Positions 26,552 through 36,755 of a stretch of DNA of 64,000 nt are shown piece after piece. A model generated the notes under the pieces. It did not search any database, was not told the origin of the DNA, and saw only the letters and a program-made list of their open reading frames with translations. A program made the position numbers and the translations under genes. The stretch comes from Polyangiales bacterium (GTDB taxonomy: Bacteria; Myxococcota_A; Polyangia; Polyangiales; Polyangiaceae): contig JBBRLQ010000017.1 in NCBI GenBank assembly GCA_038231275.1, positions 32,001-96,000 on the forward strand. Direction: 5' to 3'. Numbering within the stretch: the stretch's first letter is position 1; each line of letters begins with the position of its first letter.

Positions 26552-28917
26552 CGCGCGCCACCCTTCCGCGCGCGCGCGCGGCGGCCGAGGACGAGGACCA
26601 CGCCGAGTGCACCCCAGATCGCCTCGAGGTTGCCGGCTCCGACCGCGCATCCCGACGACGACCCGGACCCCGAGCCCGAGCCCGAGCTCGATCCCGACGA
26701 CGACCCCGAACCCGACTCCGAACCCGAGCCTGATCCCGACGCCGAGCCGGTGAGGCCGAAGAACTCGGCGATTTTTTGGGTCGAGCAGAGCTTCACGTCG
26801 AGCGCGTAGGCGCCTGCCGTTCCGCAGCCGTTCGCGGGATCGAGCGGAACGCCGTGGCCCATGCCCGGCACCGCGTACATTTCGACGGCGACCGCACCCT
26901 TCGCGTCGCGCCACTCGGAGCGCGCTGCACCGGACACCGTGCTCGTCGCGCTGGGCGCATCGGCGGCGCCGTGCACGCCGGCCCACTGCTTCGCGATCTC
27001 CTTCTCGTTCGCCGGCGCGACGATCGCGTCGCTGGTTCCTTGCCACACGCTCACGCGCGGCCACGTGCCGGCGTAGCCCGGGTAGGCAGAGCGAACGCGA
27101 TCCGCCCAGTCTTTCGCGGTCAGCGTCTTGCCGGGGTTCATGCAGGTATACGTATCGAGGGGGCTCGTCGCGCAGTCGTAGGGAAGGCCCGCGATCGGTG
27201 CGCCCGCGGCGAAGACGTCCGGCCACATCGCGAGCATGAGCGCGGTCTCGGCGCCGCCGGCGGAGAGGCCGGTGACGAAGACGCGCTTGCCGTCGATGCT
27301 GGCGTCGGCTTTCATCTTGTCGACCATCTGCTTGATCGACGCGTTCTCGCCCTTGTCGCGCGCGAGGCCGGCGCCGTACCAGGTGAAGCAGCGCATCGCG
27401 TTGTTGGTGGTCGACTGCTCGGCATAGACGACGTGGAAGGCGTACTTGTCGGCGAGCTCGTTCCAGCCGACGTTCGCGTAGTCGGCGGCGGTCTGCGTGC
27501 AGCCGTGGAGCGCGACGACGAGCGGCGCATTGGCCTTCGCGTTCGCGGGGCTGTGGCGGAACATCTTGAGGCCGGCCGGGTTCGCGCCGAAATTCGTGAC
27601 CTCGACGAGCGCGCCGCCCGCGTGGGCGGTGCCGCCGAGGGCGAAGAAGAGCGCTACGGCGAGCGTGGTCGCGGTGGCGGCCTGCGCGAGGCGCAACGTC
27701 GCGCGCATGAAGCCGCGCGTCGAGAGGAGCAGCGTCGCGACGCCGAGGAGCGCGACGCCGCTGACCATCGCGATGGCGAAGGCGATCGACGTATGGCCCA
27801 GGCGGGCGACGGCGGCGATGATCATCGGGATGAACGCCGCGACCGACGAGCCCACGTGGTAGACGAGGCCGATGCTGCGCGCCCGCGTCTCGGGCGGGAA
27901 CAGATCGGTCAGCAGCATCGGCGTCACGCCGCAGACGCCCGCGCCGAAGAGGCCGGTCGCGAAGGCGCCGACGCCGAGGAGCGCAGGCGACGCGCCGACG
28001 TAGAAGGCGAGGAACGGCAGCGCGAGGAGCGCAGGCGTGGCGATGGCGACCGCCGCGCCGTGACGCGAGGCGATGAAGCCCGAGCCTATCGAGCCGATGA
28101 GCATGCCGGTCGTGAAGAGCATCACGAGGTGCGCGACGCCCTTGTCGGTCATGCCGAGCTCGGTGACGAGCATCGTCGGGTAGAGGCCGGTGAGGCCGTT
28201 GTAGGCGCTGAAGCCGACGATCATGGCGGCCGAGCCCCAGAGGATCGGACCGAGCGCGGCGCGCGGCGCCTTGATCTTGGAGACCGACGCCGTCGCGGCC
28301 TTGAGCTTCTCGTGGGCCTTCGTCCACGCGTCGCTCTCCGGGACCCATGCGCGAATCGGAAGGACCATCAACGCGGGGAGGGCCGCGAGGACGAAGAGGC
28401 CACGCCAGCCGTAGTGCGGAATGACGTAGCCGGCGGCGACCGCGGCCAGCATGTAGCCGATGGCCCAGCTGCCCTGGAGGACACCCGACGCGATGCCGCG
28501 GCTACGGGTCGGCCAGCTCTCCATCGCGAGCGCGGTGCCGCTCGCCCACTCGGCGCCCATCCCGAACCCGAAGAGGGTGCGGAGGACGAGCACCCAACCG
28601 AACGTCGGCGCCAGCGCGATCGCGCCGTCGAACACCGCGAACGAGATGATCGAGAGCATCAGCGGGAGCTTTCGCCCCCAGCGGTCCGCGGCCCAGCCGG
28701 CGAGGACGCCGCCCGCGAGGCGCGCGAGATAGGTCAGCGCGAGCGAGCCGGTCGTCGCGAACGTCTCGACGCCCATCTCCTTCGCGATGTGCGGCATCGC
28801 GAGCAGAAAGACGGTGAAGTCGAACGCGTCGAGCACCCACCCGAACCACGCTGCGCTGAACGCGAGCCACTGCGCGCGCGTCGGCTCTTTCCACCACGGT
28901 TGATTGCTGGTCGCCAT
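26548..28917 (-). CDS. Fusion of an MFS carboxylate-type transporter (aa 1-~403) and a PHB-depolymerase-family esterase with MYXO-CTERM-like tail
   Basis: MFS motifs GWVLDAFDF, ADRWGRK, RTLFGFGMGAEW, ESWP and LFPPETRA. In frame with a signal-like MRATLRL..AHA (ATG 27708), then LHGCTQ, GLSAGG, WQGTSD, GMGHG and tail GCAVG..VVLVLGRR. Confidence 0.85.
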   Translation of the reverse strand: MATSNQPWWKEPTRAQWLAFSAAWFGWVLDAFDFTVFLLAMPHIAKEMGVETFATTGSLALTYLARLAGGVLAGWAADRWGRKLPLMLSIISFAVFDGAIALAPTFGWVLVLRTLFGFGMGAEWASGTALAMESWPTRSRGIASGVLQGSWAIGYMLAAVAAGYVIPHYGWRGLFVLAALPALMVLPIRAWVPESDAWTKAHEKLKAATASVSKIKAPRAALGPILWGSAAMIVGFSAYNGLTGLYPTMLVTELGMTDKGVAHLVMLFTTGMLIGSIGSGFIASRHGAAVAIATPALLALPFLAFYVGASPALLGVGAFATGLFGAGVCGVTPMLLTDLFPPETRARSIGLVYHVGSSVAAFIPMIIAAVARLGHTSIAFAIAMVSGVALLGVATLLLSTRGFMRATLRLAQAATATTLAVALFFALGGTAHAGGALVEVTNFGANPAGLKMFRHSPANAKANAPLVVALHGCTQTAADYANVGWNELADKYAFHVVYAEQSTTNNAMRCFTWYGAGLARDKGENASIKQMVDKMKADASIDGKRVFVTGLSAGGAETALMLAMWPDVFAAGAPIAGLPYDCATSPLDTYTCMNPGKTLTAKDWADRVRSAYPGYAGTWPRVSVWQGTSDAIVAPANEKEIAKQWAGVHGAADAPSATSTVSGAARSEWRDAKGAVAVEMYAVPGMGHGVPLDPANGCGTAGAYALDVKLCSTQKIAEFFGLTGSASGSGSGSESGSGSSSGSSSGSGSGSGSSSGCAVGAGNLEAIWGALGVVLVLGRRARARKGGAR

Positions 28918-28931
28918 CGAGCGGCGCCTTT

Positions 28932-28947
28932 TGCAGGCGGCGTGCCG
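28932..28947 (-). promoter_or_regulatory. Putative sigma54 promoter of the MFS/esterase/porin operon
   Basis: Minus strand reads CGGCACG-CCGC-CTGCA, matching TGGCACG-N4-TTGCA with exact GG-N10-GC spacing. Predicted +1 near 28921, 4 nt before the ATG. Confidence 0.65.
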
Positions 28948-29016
28948 TCGTCACGGCGGCGAAACGATCTCGAAACACGGCGAGACTCGGCGAGACGGGG
29001 ACAGATGTGGGACGGG

Positions 29017-29061
29017 CGCGTCGCAGAGGTCGCACCCCTCGCTGCGACGCGAGTGTCGCAG
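29017..29061. promoter_or_regulatory. Overlapping palindromes (candidate enhancer/UAS or terminator)
   Basis: CTGCGAC-N6-GTCGCAG (29042-29061) and CGCGTCGCAG-N15-CTGCGACGCG (29017-29051), about 100-140 bp upstream of the sigma54 promoter. Confidence 0.45.
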
Positions 29062-29080
29062 ACCGCTCGCGCTGCGGCTT

Positions 29081-29575
29081 TCAGGGGAAACAGAAGGTCG
29101 CGAAGCCGGCGTCGGGATCGACGAGGCAGCCCGGCGCGACGCCGCTGCACCCGCCGGCCGGCGGGCACGGCAGTGTGCACTTCGACGCTTTCCATGCGGC
29201 GATCGCGTTCGTATACGTGATCACGTTCTGCGCGGAGGCGTCGTCGACGTACGTGTCGCAGTCGCACTGGTCCTTGAGCTTCACGCCGCAGAAGGAGATG
29301 CCCTGCTGGCACTTTTTCGCGGGGCCGCGCGCGGCGACGACGGCGGCCTGGAATGCAGGGCAGTTTGGCGCCGTATCGGGGCCGGCGTCGACGGGCGGCG
29401 GCGCGTCGACCCGGACGTCGGCGATGGCGTCGGTCCCGGGGCGATCGACGAGGGACGCGTCCGTCGGGGCGTCGGTCGCCGCATCGAAGGACGCGCTGCC
29501 CACGGGCCATTGATAGGTGCACGCCGAGAAGCTCACGAGGAGCCCCGCGAAAAGCAGCCGATCGCGGCGCGACAT
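29081..29575 (-). CDS. Small Cys-rich lipoprotein
   Basis: MSRRDRLLFAGLLVSFSAC lipobox; SD AGGAG close to the start; Asp-rich linker; about 10 Cys in the mature domain. Confidence 0.75.
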   Translation of the reverse strand: MSRRDRLLFAGLLVSFSACTYQWPVGSASFDAATDAPTDASLVDRPGTDAIADVRVDAPPPVDAGPDTAPNCPAFQAAVVAARGPAKKCQQGISFCGVKLKDQCDCDTYVDDASAQNVITYTNAIAAWKASKCTLPCPPAGGCSGVAPGCLVDPDAGFATFCFP

Positions 29576-29645
29576 CTCCTTTTGGAGACCACAAACCCGG
29601 CGGCCAGGCAAGCGCCGGACGTGCCCGATGTGCTAGGTTCCGCGC

Positions 29646-30640
29646 GTGTCAGCCGTACGGCACGCCGCCGCCCTCGCGACCGCGCTCGCGCTTTTTGTCG
29701 GGTCGCCGTGCGTGTTGGCGCAGGCGCCGGACATGCACGAGCAAGCGCGCGCGCACTACGACATGGGCACCGGCGCGTACGTGCGCGCGGACTACAAGAC
29801 CGCGGCGCAGGAGTTCGCTCTCGCCGACCGGATGAGCCCGAGCACCGTCGCCCTCTCGGCCGCGCTCGACGCGGCGATCCAGGCCGAGCTCGCGCCGCTC
29901 GCGATGGAGCTCGTGCAACGCTCCGCGCGCGGCCCGGTCGACGCCTCGCTCTCGGTGCTCATCGTCAGGGCGCGCGCACGCTTCGCCAAGCGCGTCGGTC
30001 GCGTGAAGGTCACGTGCACGCCTGCTCCGTGCACCGCGAAGCTCGACGGAGCGGCCATCGAGCTCGACAAGGATCAGTTCGCGTGGGTCGGCAAGCACAC
30101 GATCACGCTCGAGCGGGCCAGCGGCGCGAGCGAGCGCCCGGTGGACGTCACGCCAGAGGGCCGCGCGGAAATTTTCGTCGGCGCGGATGCGATCGGACCG
30201 ACTCCGACTCCGACTCCGACTTCGACTCCGACCCCGACTTCGACTCCGACTCCGACTCCGACTCCGACTCCGACTCCGACGCCGACTCCGACGCCGACGC
30301 CGACTCCGAGCGACTCCGGTCTCTCCCCCGTCGTCTTCTTCCTCGGCGTGGGCATCACGGCTGTACTCGGCGGCGCGACGATCGCCTCCGGCATCGACAC
30401 GTCGAAGAAGCACGACGACTATTTTTCTGCGCACTGCGACACGATCACGCGACCAGACTGCTCGTCGAAGTCGTCGGATGGAATCGCCGCGCAGCACCGC
30501 ACGAACATTCTGCTCGGGGTCACCGCCGCCGCCGCGATCACGACGGCGGTGATCGGCATCGCGTTCACGCGCTGGCGGTCGAGTGTCTCGGCCCAGGTCG
30601 TCGGCAGCGCGGCCACCGCGCAGCTGCGCGTCACGTGGCC

Positions 30641-30644
<4 letters not shown>
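29646..30644 (+). CDS. TPR + PEGA-like envelope protein with (Pro-Thr)n linker
   Basis: Signal peptide ending VLA; TPR ARAHYDMGTGAY..FALADRMSP; beta domain; PT repeat; two TM-like helices; beta-like C-terminus. Confidence 0.78.
30198..30305 (+). repeat. (CCGACT)-type hexamer tandem repeat, 18 units, encoding mostly (Pro-Thr)n
   Basis: Directly visible ccgactccgactccgact... with minor variants. Confidence 0.92.
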
Positions 30645-31918
<1,274 letters not shown>

Positions 31919-31927
31919 GGACAGGGA

Positions 31928-33289
31928 ATGCCCGCCGACTTCGAAGAAGATCACACCACGCGCGTCGCGGCCGAGAAGCGCGGGATGCGGGTTTTGTCGA
32001 TCGATCTGGTGGTCGTCGATGGGCCGATGCGGGGCAAGCGGGCGCAGCTTCACGGCGGAATCGGGCGCGTCGGGGCGGCAGCAGGGAGCGATCTGAAGCT
32101 CGACGACAAAGCGGTATCCCGTGTGCATTGCGAGATCCGCGTGGGTAAAGACGGCATCACGCTCAAAGATTTAGGCAGTACCAACGGGACTTTCGTGGAC
32201 GGCGTCCGTGTCCGCGACGCGGACGTCGCACCTGGCGCGCTCGTCCGCGTCGGCGGCAGCACGTTTCGCGTCGAGGTCGGCAACGAGCCCGAGTTCGTGG
32301 ACGTGTCGGAGAAGGGCTCGTTCGGCGAGCTCGTCGGGACGAGTCTGGAGATGCGGCGCGTCTACGCCGTGCTCGATCGGCTGGCGGTCACCGACGCGAC
32401 GCTTCTCGTACAGGGCGAGACAGGGACCGGAAAGGACGTGGTCGCGAGATCGCTGCACGCGGCGTCGAAGCGCGCGGGAGGGCCGCTCGTCGCGCTCGAC
32501 TGCGGCGCGGTCCCGGAGAACCTGTTCGAGAGCGAGCTCTTCGGCCACGTGCGCGGCTCCTTCAGCGGCGCGGTGTCGGATCGCAAGGGCGTCCTCGAAG
32601 AGGCGCACGGCGGCACGCTCTTCCTCGACGAAATCGGAGAGATGCCTCTCTCGCTGCAGGCCAAGATGCTGCGCGCGCTCGAGACGCGCTCCGTGCGGCG
32701 CGTCGGCGCAAACGTCGAGCGCGCCATCGACGTTCGGATCGTCGCCGCGACCAACCGCCCGCTCGCGCGTTGCGTGAACGAAGGGACATTTCGCGAGGAT
32801 TTGTACTACCGTCTCGCCGTCGTCGAGATCTCGCTGCCGCCGCTGCGCATGCGCCGCGAGGACATCCCGGTGCTCGCGCGGCACTTCTACCGGCAGCTCA
32901 AAGGATCGAGCGAGACGGCGGATCTTCCGCCCGACTTCGTGGCGCGTCTCGCCGCGCGCGCGTGGCCGGGGAACGTGCGCGAGCTGCGGAACTTCATCGA
33001 GCGGAGCGTCTCGCTCGGCTTCGTCACGCAAGGCAGCGGCCCGAACCCGCCCGCGCCCATCCCGACCGGCGCGACGCTGGAGCAGCTCGTTCCCCTTCAT
33101 TTGCCGCTCAAAGACGCGCGGCAGGCGTGGACCGAGAGCTTCGAGGCGGTCTACGTGAAGAGCCTCCTCCAGAAGACCGGCGGCAACGTCACGCGCGCGG
33201 CCGAGGCGGCGGGCGTCAACCGGCGCTTCTTGCAGCGAATGATGGCGCGCCTCGGCATCGCCTCGTCGGACGCGTCCGGCGACGAGTAG
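31928..33289 (+). CDS. FHA-domain sigma54-dependent enhancer-binding protein (Fis-type HTH)
   Basis: FHA motifs VSRVH..STNGT; GETGTGKD; ESELFGHVRGSFSGA; LFLDEIGE; FREDLYYRL; WPGNVREL; HTH GNVTRAAEAAGVNR. Confidence 0.94.
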   Translation: MPADFEEDHTTRVAAEKRGMRVLSIDLVVVDGPMRGKRAQLHGGIGRVGAAAGSDLKLDDKAVSRVHCEIRVGKDGITLKDLGSTNGTFVDGVRVRDADVAPGALVRVGGSTFRVEVGNEPEFVDVSEKGSFGELVGTSLEMRRVYAVLDRLAVTDATLLVQGETGTGKDVVARSLHAASKRAGGPLVALDCGAVPENLFESELFGHVRGSFSGAVSDRKGVLEEAHGGTLFLDEIGEMPLSLQAKMLRALETRSVRRVGANVERAIDVRIVAATNRPLARCVNEGTFREDLYYRLAVVEISLPPLRMRREDIPVLARHFYRQLKGSSETADLPPDFVARLAARAWPGNVRELRNFIERSVSLGFVTQGSGPNPPAPIPTGATLEQLVPLHLPLKDARQAWTESFEAVYVKSLLQKTGGNVTRAAEAAGVNRRFLQRMMARLGIASSDASGDE

Positions 33290-33777
33290 CGGACGAAGCG
33301 AGGAAGCGCGCTGGCATCTCGCTCGTGTCGTCGGCGATGATCGCGGACGGCTCGCTCTCCAAGTGCTGGGGCATCTTCGCCGGCGGCACCGCGGAGCCCG
33401 CGACCGAGGAGGCGGTGCGCGCGGGTCGCACGCAGGTGCGGATGCTGGATCGCTACCCGCCCGAGGTGAACGTCGTCGGCTGGCCCCGCCTCGTGCATGA
33501 CATGGCCACGCGCGGCGGCTTCGGCATTCAGGAGATCGACATGGCGATCTTCACGCAGGTCCGCGAGGGGACCATCGACGAGGCGATGACCGCGCTCGAG
33601 CTGCCGCCGGAGCGGACGCACAAGATCATGCACAAGTGGGGGTACACGGGCTCGGCGTGCGTCGCGATGGCGCTCGACGACGCGATCGAGCAGGGGCGCG
33701 TGAAGCCCGGCGCGCTGGTGGTGATGATCGGCTCCGGTGTCGGCTACAACCAGGCGGGCGTCGCGCTGCGGGTGTGA
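33290..33777 (+). pseudogene. C-terminal remnant of a FabH-like 3-oxoacyl-ACP synthase III
   Basis: GISLVSSAMIADGS, FTQV, IMHKWGYTGSACVAMALDDA and GSGVGY match the KAS III C-terminal half. The N-terminal catalytic-Cys half is missing. First ATG at 33337. Confidence 0.7.
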
Positions 33778-33790
33778 CGTCGCACACGCG

Positions 33791-34018
33791 TCAGCGGCGC
33801 GCGAGTAGGTAGACGACGGCGGCGACGATCCAGAGCGCCGCACGCACACGCATGCGCTCGCGCAGCGCGAAGTAGGGCGCGAGCGGCGGCACCATGAGCG
33901 CCGCGGCAGCGCGCCAGCGTGGAGGGCGGCGCGCGAGGCCGACCAGGATCGTGACGTGCGCGGTGACGGTCACCGCGAAGGAGCCGATCAGCGCGGCGAA
34001 CCATGCGGTCTCGTTCAC
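33791..34018 (-). CDS. Small membrane protein (75 aa)
   Basis: Hydrophobic; GTGA overlap with the stop of the upstream lipoprotein gene. Confidence 0.62.
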   Translation of the reverse strand: MNETAWFAALIGSFAVTVTAHVTILVGLARRPPRWRAAAALMVPPLAPYFALRERMRVRAALWIVAAVVYLLARR

Positions 34019-34509
34019 GTGCCGCCGTCCTTCGCCTTGCCGCCACGGCCGCCGCGCGCCGTGCCGGTGCGCTCGACCTCACCGTCGGCGTCGAACACCG
34101 CGCCCGAGGATGCGCCCGCGACCGCGAGGGCCTTCGGGTCCGCGACGGTCGCGCCGTGAACGTCGCGCCACGTTCCCGGCGCGTAGTAGGTGATGCCCGT
34201 CACGCCGCGCGCCGTGGTCCAGGGCGAGTACGACGCGCCTTCGGGCGGGACGACCCATCGCCCCACCTTCCACGACCACTTGCCGTTGCGCCATGTCCAC
34301 TCGCCATCGAGCCACACCGCGCGCGATTCTTCGGTGGGGCGCGGCGGAACGGTCTCGACGTGCGCAGGCGGCGGCGGATACTCGACCTCGACGAGCGCGC
34401 TGCTGGGCTGCGTCGCGTACGGCGGATGGGGCAGCTTCGATCCGCACCCGGCGACGCCGATCGCGAGCCCAACCGCGACGCCGACGATCGACCAGGGCCC
34501 GGCCATCAC
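34015..34509 (-). CDS. Lipoprotein with YXWGXW-like Trp repeat
   Basis: Lipobox VAGC; PPPAHVETVPPRP..VWLDGEWTWRNGKWSWKVGRW. Start is GTG 34509 or ATG 34506. Confidence 0.78.
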   Translation of the reverse strand: MMAGPWSIVGVAVGLAIGVAGCGSKLPHPPYATQPSSALVEVEYPPPPAHVETVPPRPTEESRAVWLDGEWTWRNGKWSWKVGRWVVPPEGASYSPWTTARGVTGITYYAPGTWRDVHGATVADPKALAVAGASSGAVFDADGEVERTGTARGGRGGKAKDGGT

Positions 34510-34550
34510 ACCGAAGACTATACGCCAAAGCGCGCTACTCTGAGCGCCGC

Positions 34551-36755
34551 GTGACGCACCATCTCGAAGCGTGGATCCGGACCGCGCTCTTCGTGATCGC
34601 CGCGATGGCGTGCGCGCTCTTCGGCATCGCCTCCACCGGCTGCGCGACCTTGCCCGAAGGCCGCTCGGCAACCGACGCCGTGACCGTGATCGGCGCGAGC
34701 GCGGTCGACGAGGCCTCGATCACCGACGAGATCGCCACCACCGCGAGCCCCAAGTTCCTCGGCCTCATGCGTGGCGTCGTCTACGACTACGAGATCTTCG
34801 ACCCGTATGCGCTGCAGCGCGATCTCGCGCGCGTCGAGCGCCTCTACCGCGCGCGTGGCTACTACCAGGCGCACGCGCGCGCGGGTCGGGTGATTTCGAG
34901 CGGAGACCAACACGTGAGGGTCGAGATCCTCGTCGAGGAGGGACCGCCGATCCTCGCCGCCGACCTGCGCGTGCTTTGGACCGGCGGGGTCCCGCCGTCG
35001 GTCGAAGCGCAGGTGAACGCCGCGACGCGCCGTGCGCTGCGTCCGGGCGCGCCGTTCGACGAAGACAAATTCAAGGACGCCGAGGCCGCCGCCAAGAAGG
35101 CGCTCACCGACAACGGCTACGCCTTCGCGCAGGTGAAGTCCGACGTCTTCATCGATCTGGTCCAGCACAAGGCCAACGTCGTGTTCGAGGTCGAGCCGGG
35201 CGTGCTTGCCGTCTTCGGGCACGTCACGATCAGCGGCCTCGACCCCGACGGCAAAGGTGGCGCGCCACAGGAGATCCCGGAGGCGTCGATCCGTCGCACA
35301 CTCGACCTCACCGAAGGGGCTCCGTACTCCACCGCGGCGATCGACTCGGCCACGCAGGCGCTCCTCGATCTCGAGATCTTCAGCGTCGTGCAGATCGTCC
35401 CGACCTTGCCCGAGCCAGGCAAACCGCCGGGCTCGAACGTCGTGCCGCTCGCGATCAAGGTCGAGGTGACGAAGCTCCGTCAGCTGCGCCTCGGCGGCGG
35501 CCTCGAGTTCGATCAGATCAAGACGGATCTGCACCTTCTCGTCGGCTGGGAGGATCACAACTTCCTCGGGGGCCTCCGCGATTTCACGATCGACTTCCGG
35601 CCGGGCGCCGTCCTCTACCCGATGCGGCTCGACAACATCGTGACCCCCGAGCGGCTGCTCCCCGAGGAGCGCCTGCGTCTGCAGCTCCGGCAGCCCGGGT
35701 TTCTCGAAGCGCGTACCAACGGCTTCGTGCGGCCCGAGCTCAACACGTTCCCGCTGCTCGTGGCGACGCAGACCGACTCCGGCGAGCCGGTCGTTGGCTA
35801 CACCGAGTTCAAGGGGACCACGGGCCTCGATCGCACGTTCGGTCCGCTCTTCGGGAGCATCGGCTACAACGTGCAGGTCGAGTATCCGTTCGCCTACAAA
35901 GGCACGCTCGATCCGGCGCTACGCACGCTCGTCATCTCGTACCCCGAGCTCATCACGCGCCTCGATTTGCGGGACAGCCGCATCCATCCGCGCACGGGCA
36001 TCTACCTCGCCAACGATGTCCAGGTGGCCGGCGGACCGTTCCTCGGCGACGCGGTGGATCTCAAGGTCCTGCCCGAGGTGCGCACCTACGTCCCGATCAA
36101 TCGGCGCATGGTGTTCGCGACGCGCGCAGCGCTCGGCTTCCTCTTTCCGTTCAACTACGGCGACGTCGTCAAGAATCACCTCGGCGACGATCTGACCGTC
36201 GACAACCGCAACGAGCGCGTCCGTGACATCGAGACCGTGTACTTCCGAGGCCTCTTCTCGGGCGGCGCCTCGTCGAACCGCGGATTTCCGATTCGCGGCG
36301 TCGCGCCGCACGGCGTCGTACCGTTCCTGAATCCGTCGACGGCGTCGCAGCAGATCGCGGCGCGGTGCAACCCGACGCGCGACAACCCCAACCCCGATCC
36401 GACGGTGTGCTCGATCCCGATCGGCGGCTTCACGCTGTGGGAGCTATCAAACGAGCTGCGCTTCGCGATCGCGGGGCCATTCTCGGCAGCGACGTTCTGC
36501 GACATGAGCGACGTGTCCCCGAAGCCCGTCAACCTTCGCTTCGATCACCTCCACCTGTCGTGCGGGCTCGGCGCGCGCTACGAGACGCCGGTTGGTCCCA
36601 TTCGGCTCGACGTCGGCTACCGCATCCAGCCGCTGCAGGTCCTCGGGTATTCGAGCGAGACCGCCGTCGCTGCCAAGGAGCACGCGGAGGGAACGCAGCC
36701 GCGCTTCCTCGGGCAGCCTCTCGCCGTCGCGCTCGGGATCGGAGAGGCGTTCTGA
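34551..36755 (+). CDS. tamA: Omp85 family outer-membrane protein (TamA-like)
   Basis: Lipobox STGC; POTRA motifs (LYRARGYY, LTDNGYAFA); GGASSNRGF; GLGARYETPVGPIRLDVGY; C-terminal IGEAF; directly upstream of a TamB-like gene. Confidence 0.88.
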   Translation: MTHHLEAWIRTALFVIAAMACALFGIASTGCATLPEGRSATDAVTVIGASAVDEASITDEIATTASPKFLGLMRGVVYDYEIFDPYALQRDLARVERLYRARGYYQAHARAGRVISSGDQHVRVEILVEEGPPILAADLRVLWTGGVPPSVEAQVNAATRRALRPGAPFDEDKFKDAEAAAKKALTDNGYAFAQVKSDVFIDLVQHKANVVFEVEPGVLAVFGHVTISGLDPDGKGGAPQEIPEASIRRTLDLTEGAPYSTAAIDSATQALLDLEIFSVVQIVPTLPEPGKPPGSNVVPLAIKVEVTKLRQLRLGGGLEFDQIKTDLHLLVGWEDHNFLGGLRDFTIDFRPGAVLYPMRLDNIVTPERLLPEERLRLQLRQPGFLEARTNGFVRPELNTFPLLVATQTDSGEPVVGYTEFKGTTGLDRTFGPLFGSIGYNVQVEYPFAYKGTLDPALRTLVISYPELITRLDLRDSRIHPRTGIYLANDVQVAGGPFLGDAVDLKVLPEVRTYVPINRRMVFATRAALGFLFPFNYGDVVKNHLGDDLTVDNRNERVRDIETVYFRGLFSGGASSNRGFPIRGVAPHGVVPFLNPSTASQQIAARCNPTRDNPNPDPTVCSIPIGGFTLWELSNELRFAIAGPFSAATFCDMSDVSPKPVNLRFDHLHLSCGLGARYETPVGPIRLDVGYRIQPLQVLGYSSETAVAAKEHAEGTQPRFLGQPLAVALGIGEAF

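Noticed and set aside
25226..28348. 1040-aa ORF suggesting a second giant esterase fusion
   Set aside because: The first ~600 aa are an alternate frame of the MFS-esterase gene. The real start is ATG 26551, with a lipobox and ATGA coupling.
29612..29625. GGCACG-N4-GCGC sigma54-like site upstream of the 29575 lipoprotein
   Set aside because: It lacks both the -26 T and the TGC box and is easily a chance match in GC-rich DNA, so it is left uncalled.
30198..30305. Tandem repeats as a CRISPR array or non-coding repeat
   Set aside because: They are 6-bp in-frame coding repeats with no spacers and no cas genes nearby.
32770..33777. Possible programmed frameshift fusing the bEBP to the FabH-like fragment
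   Set aside because: The bEBP is complete with its HTH and stop, I saw no slippery site, and the upstream part of that frame is shadow-like.
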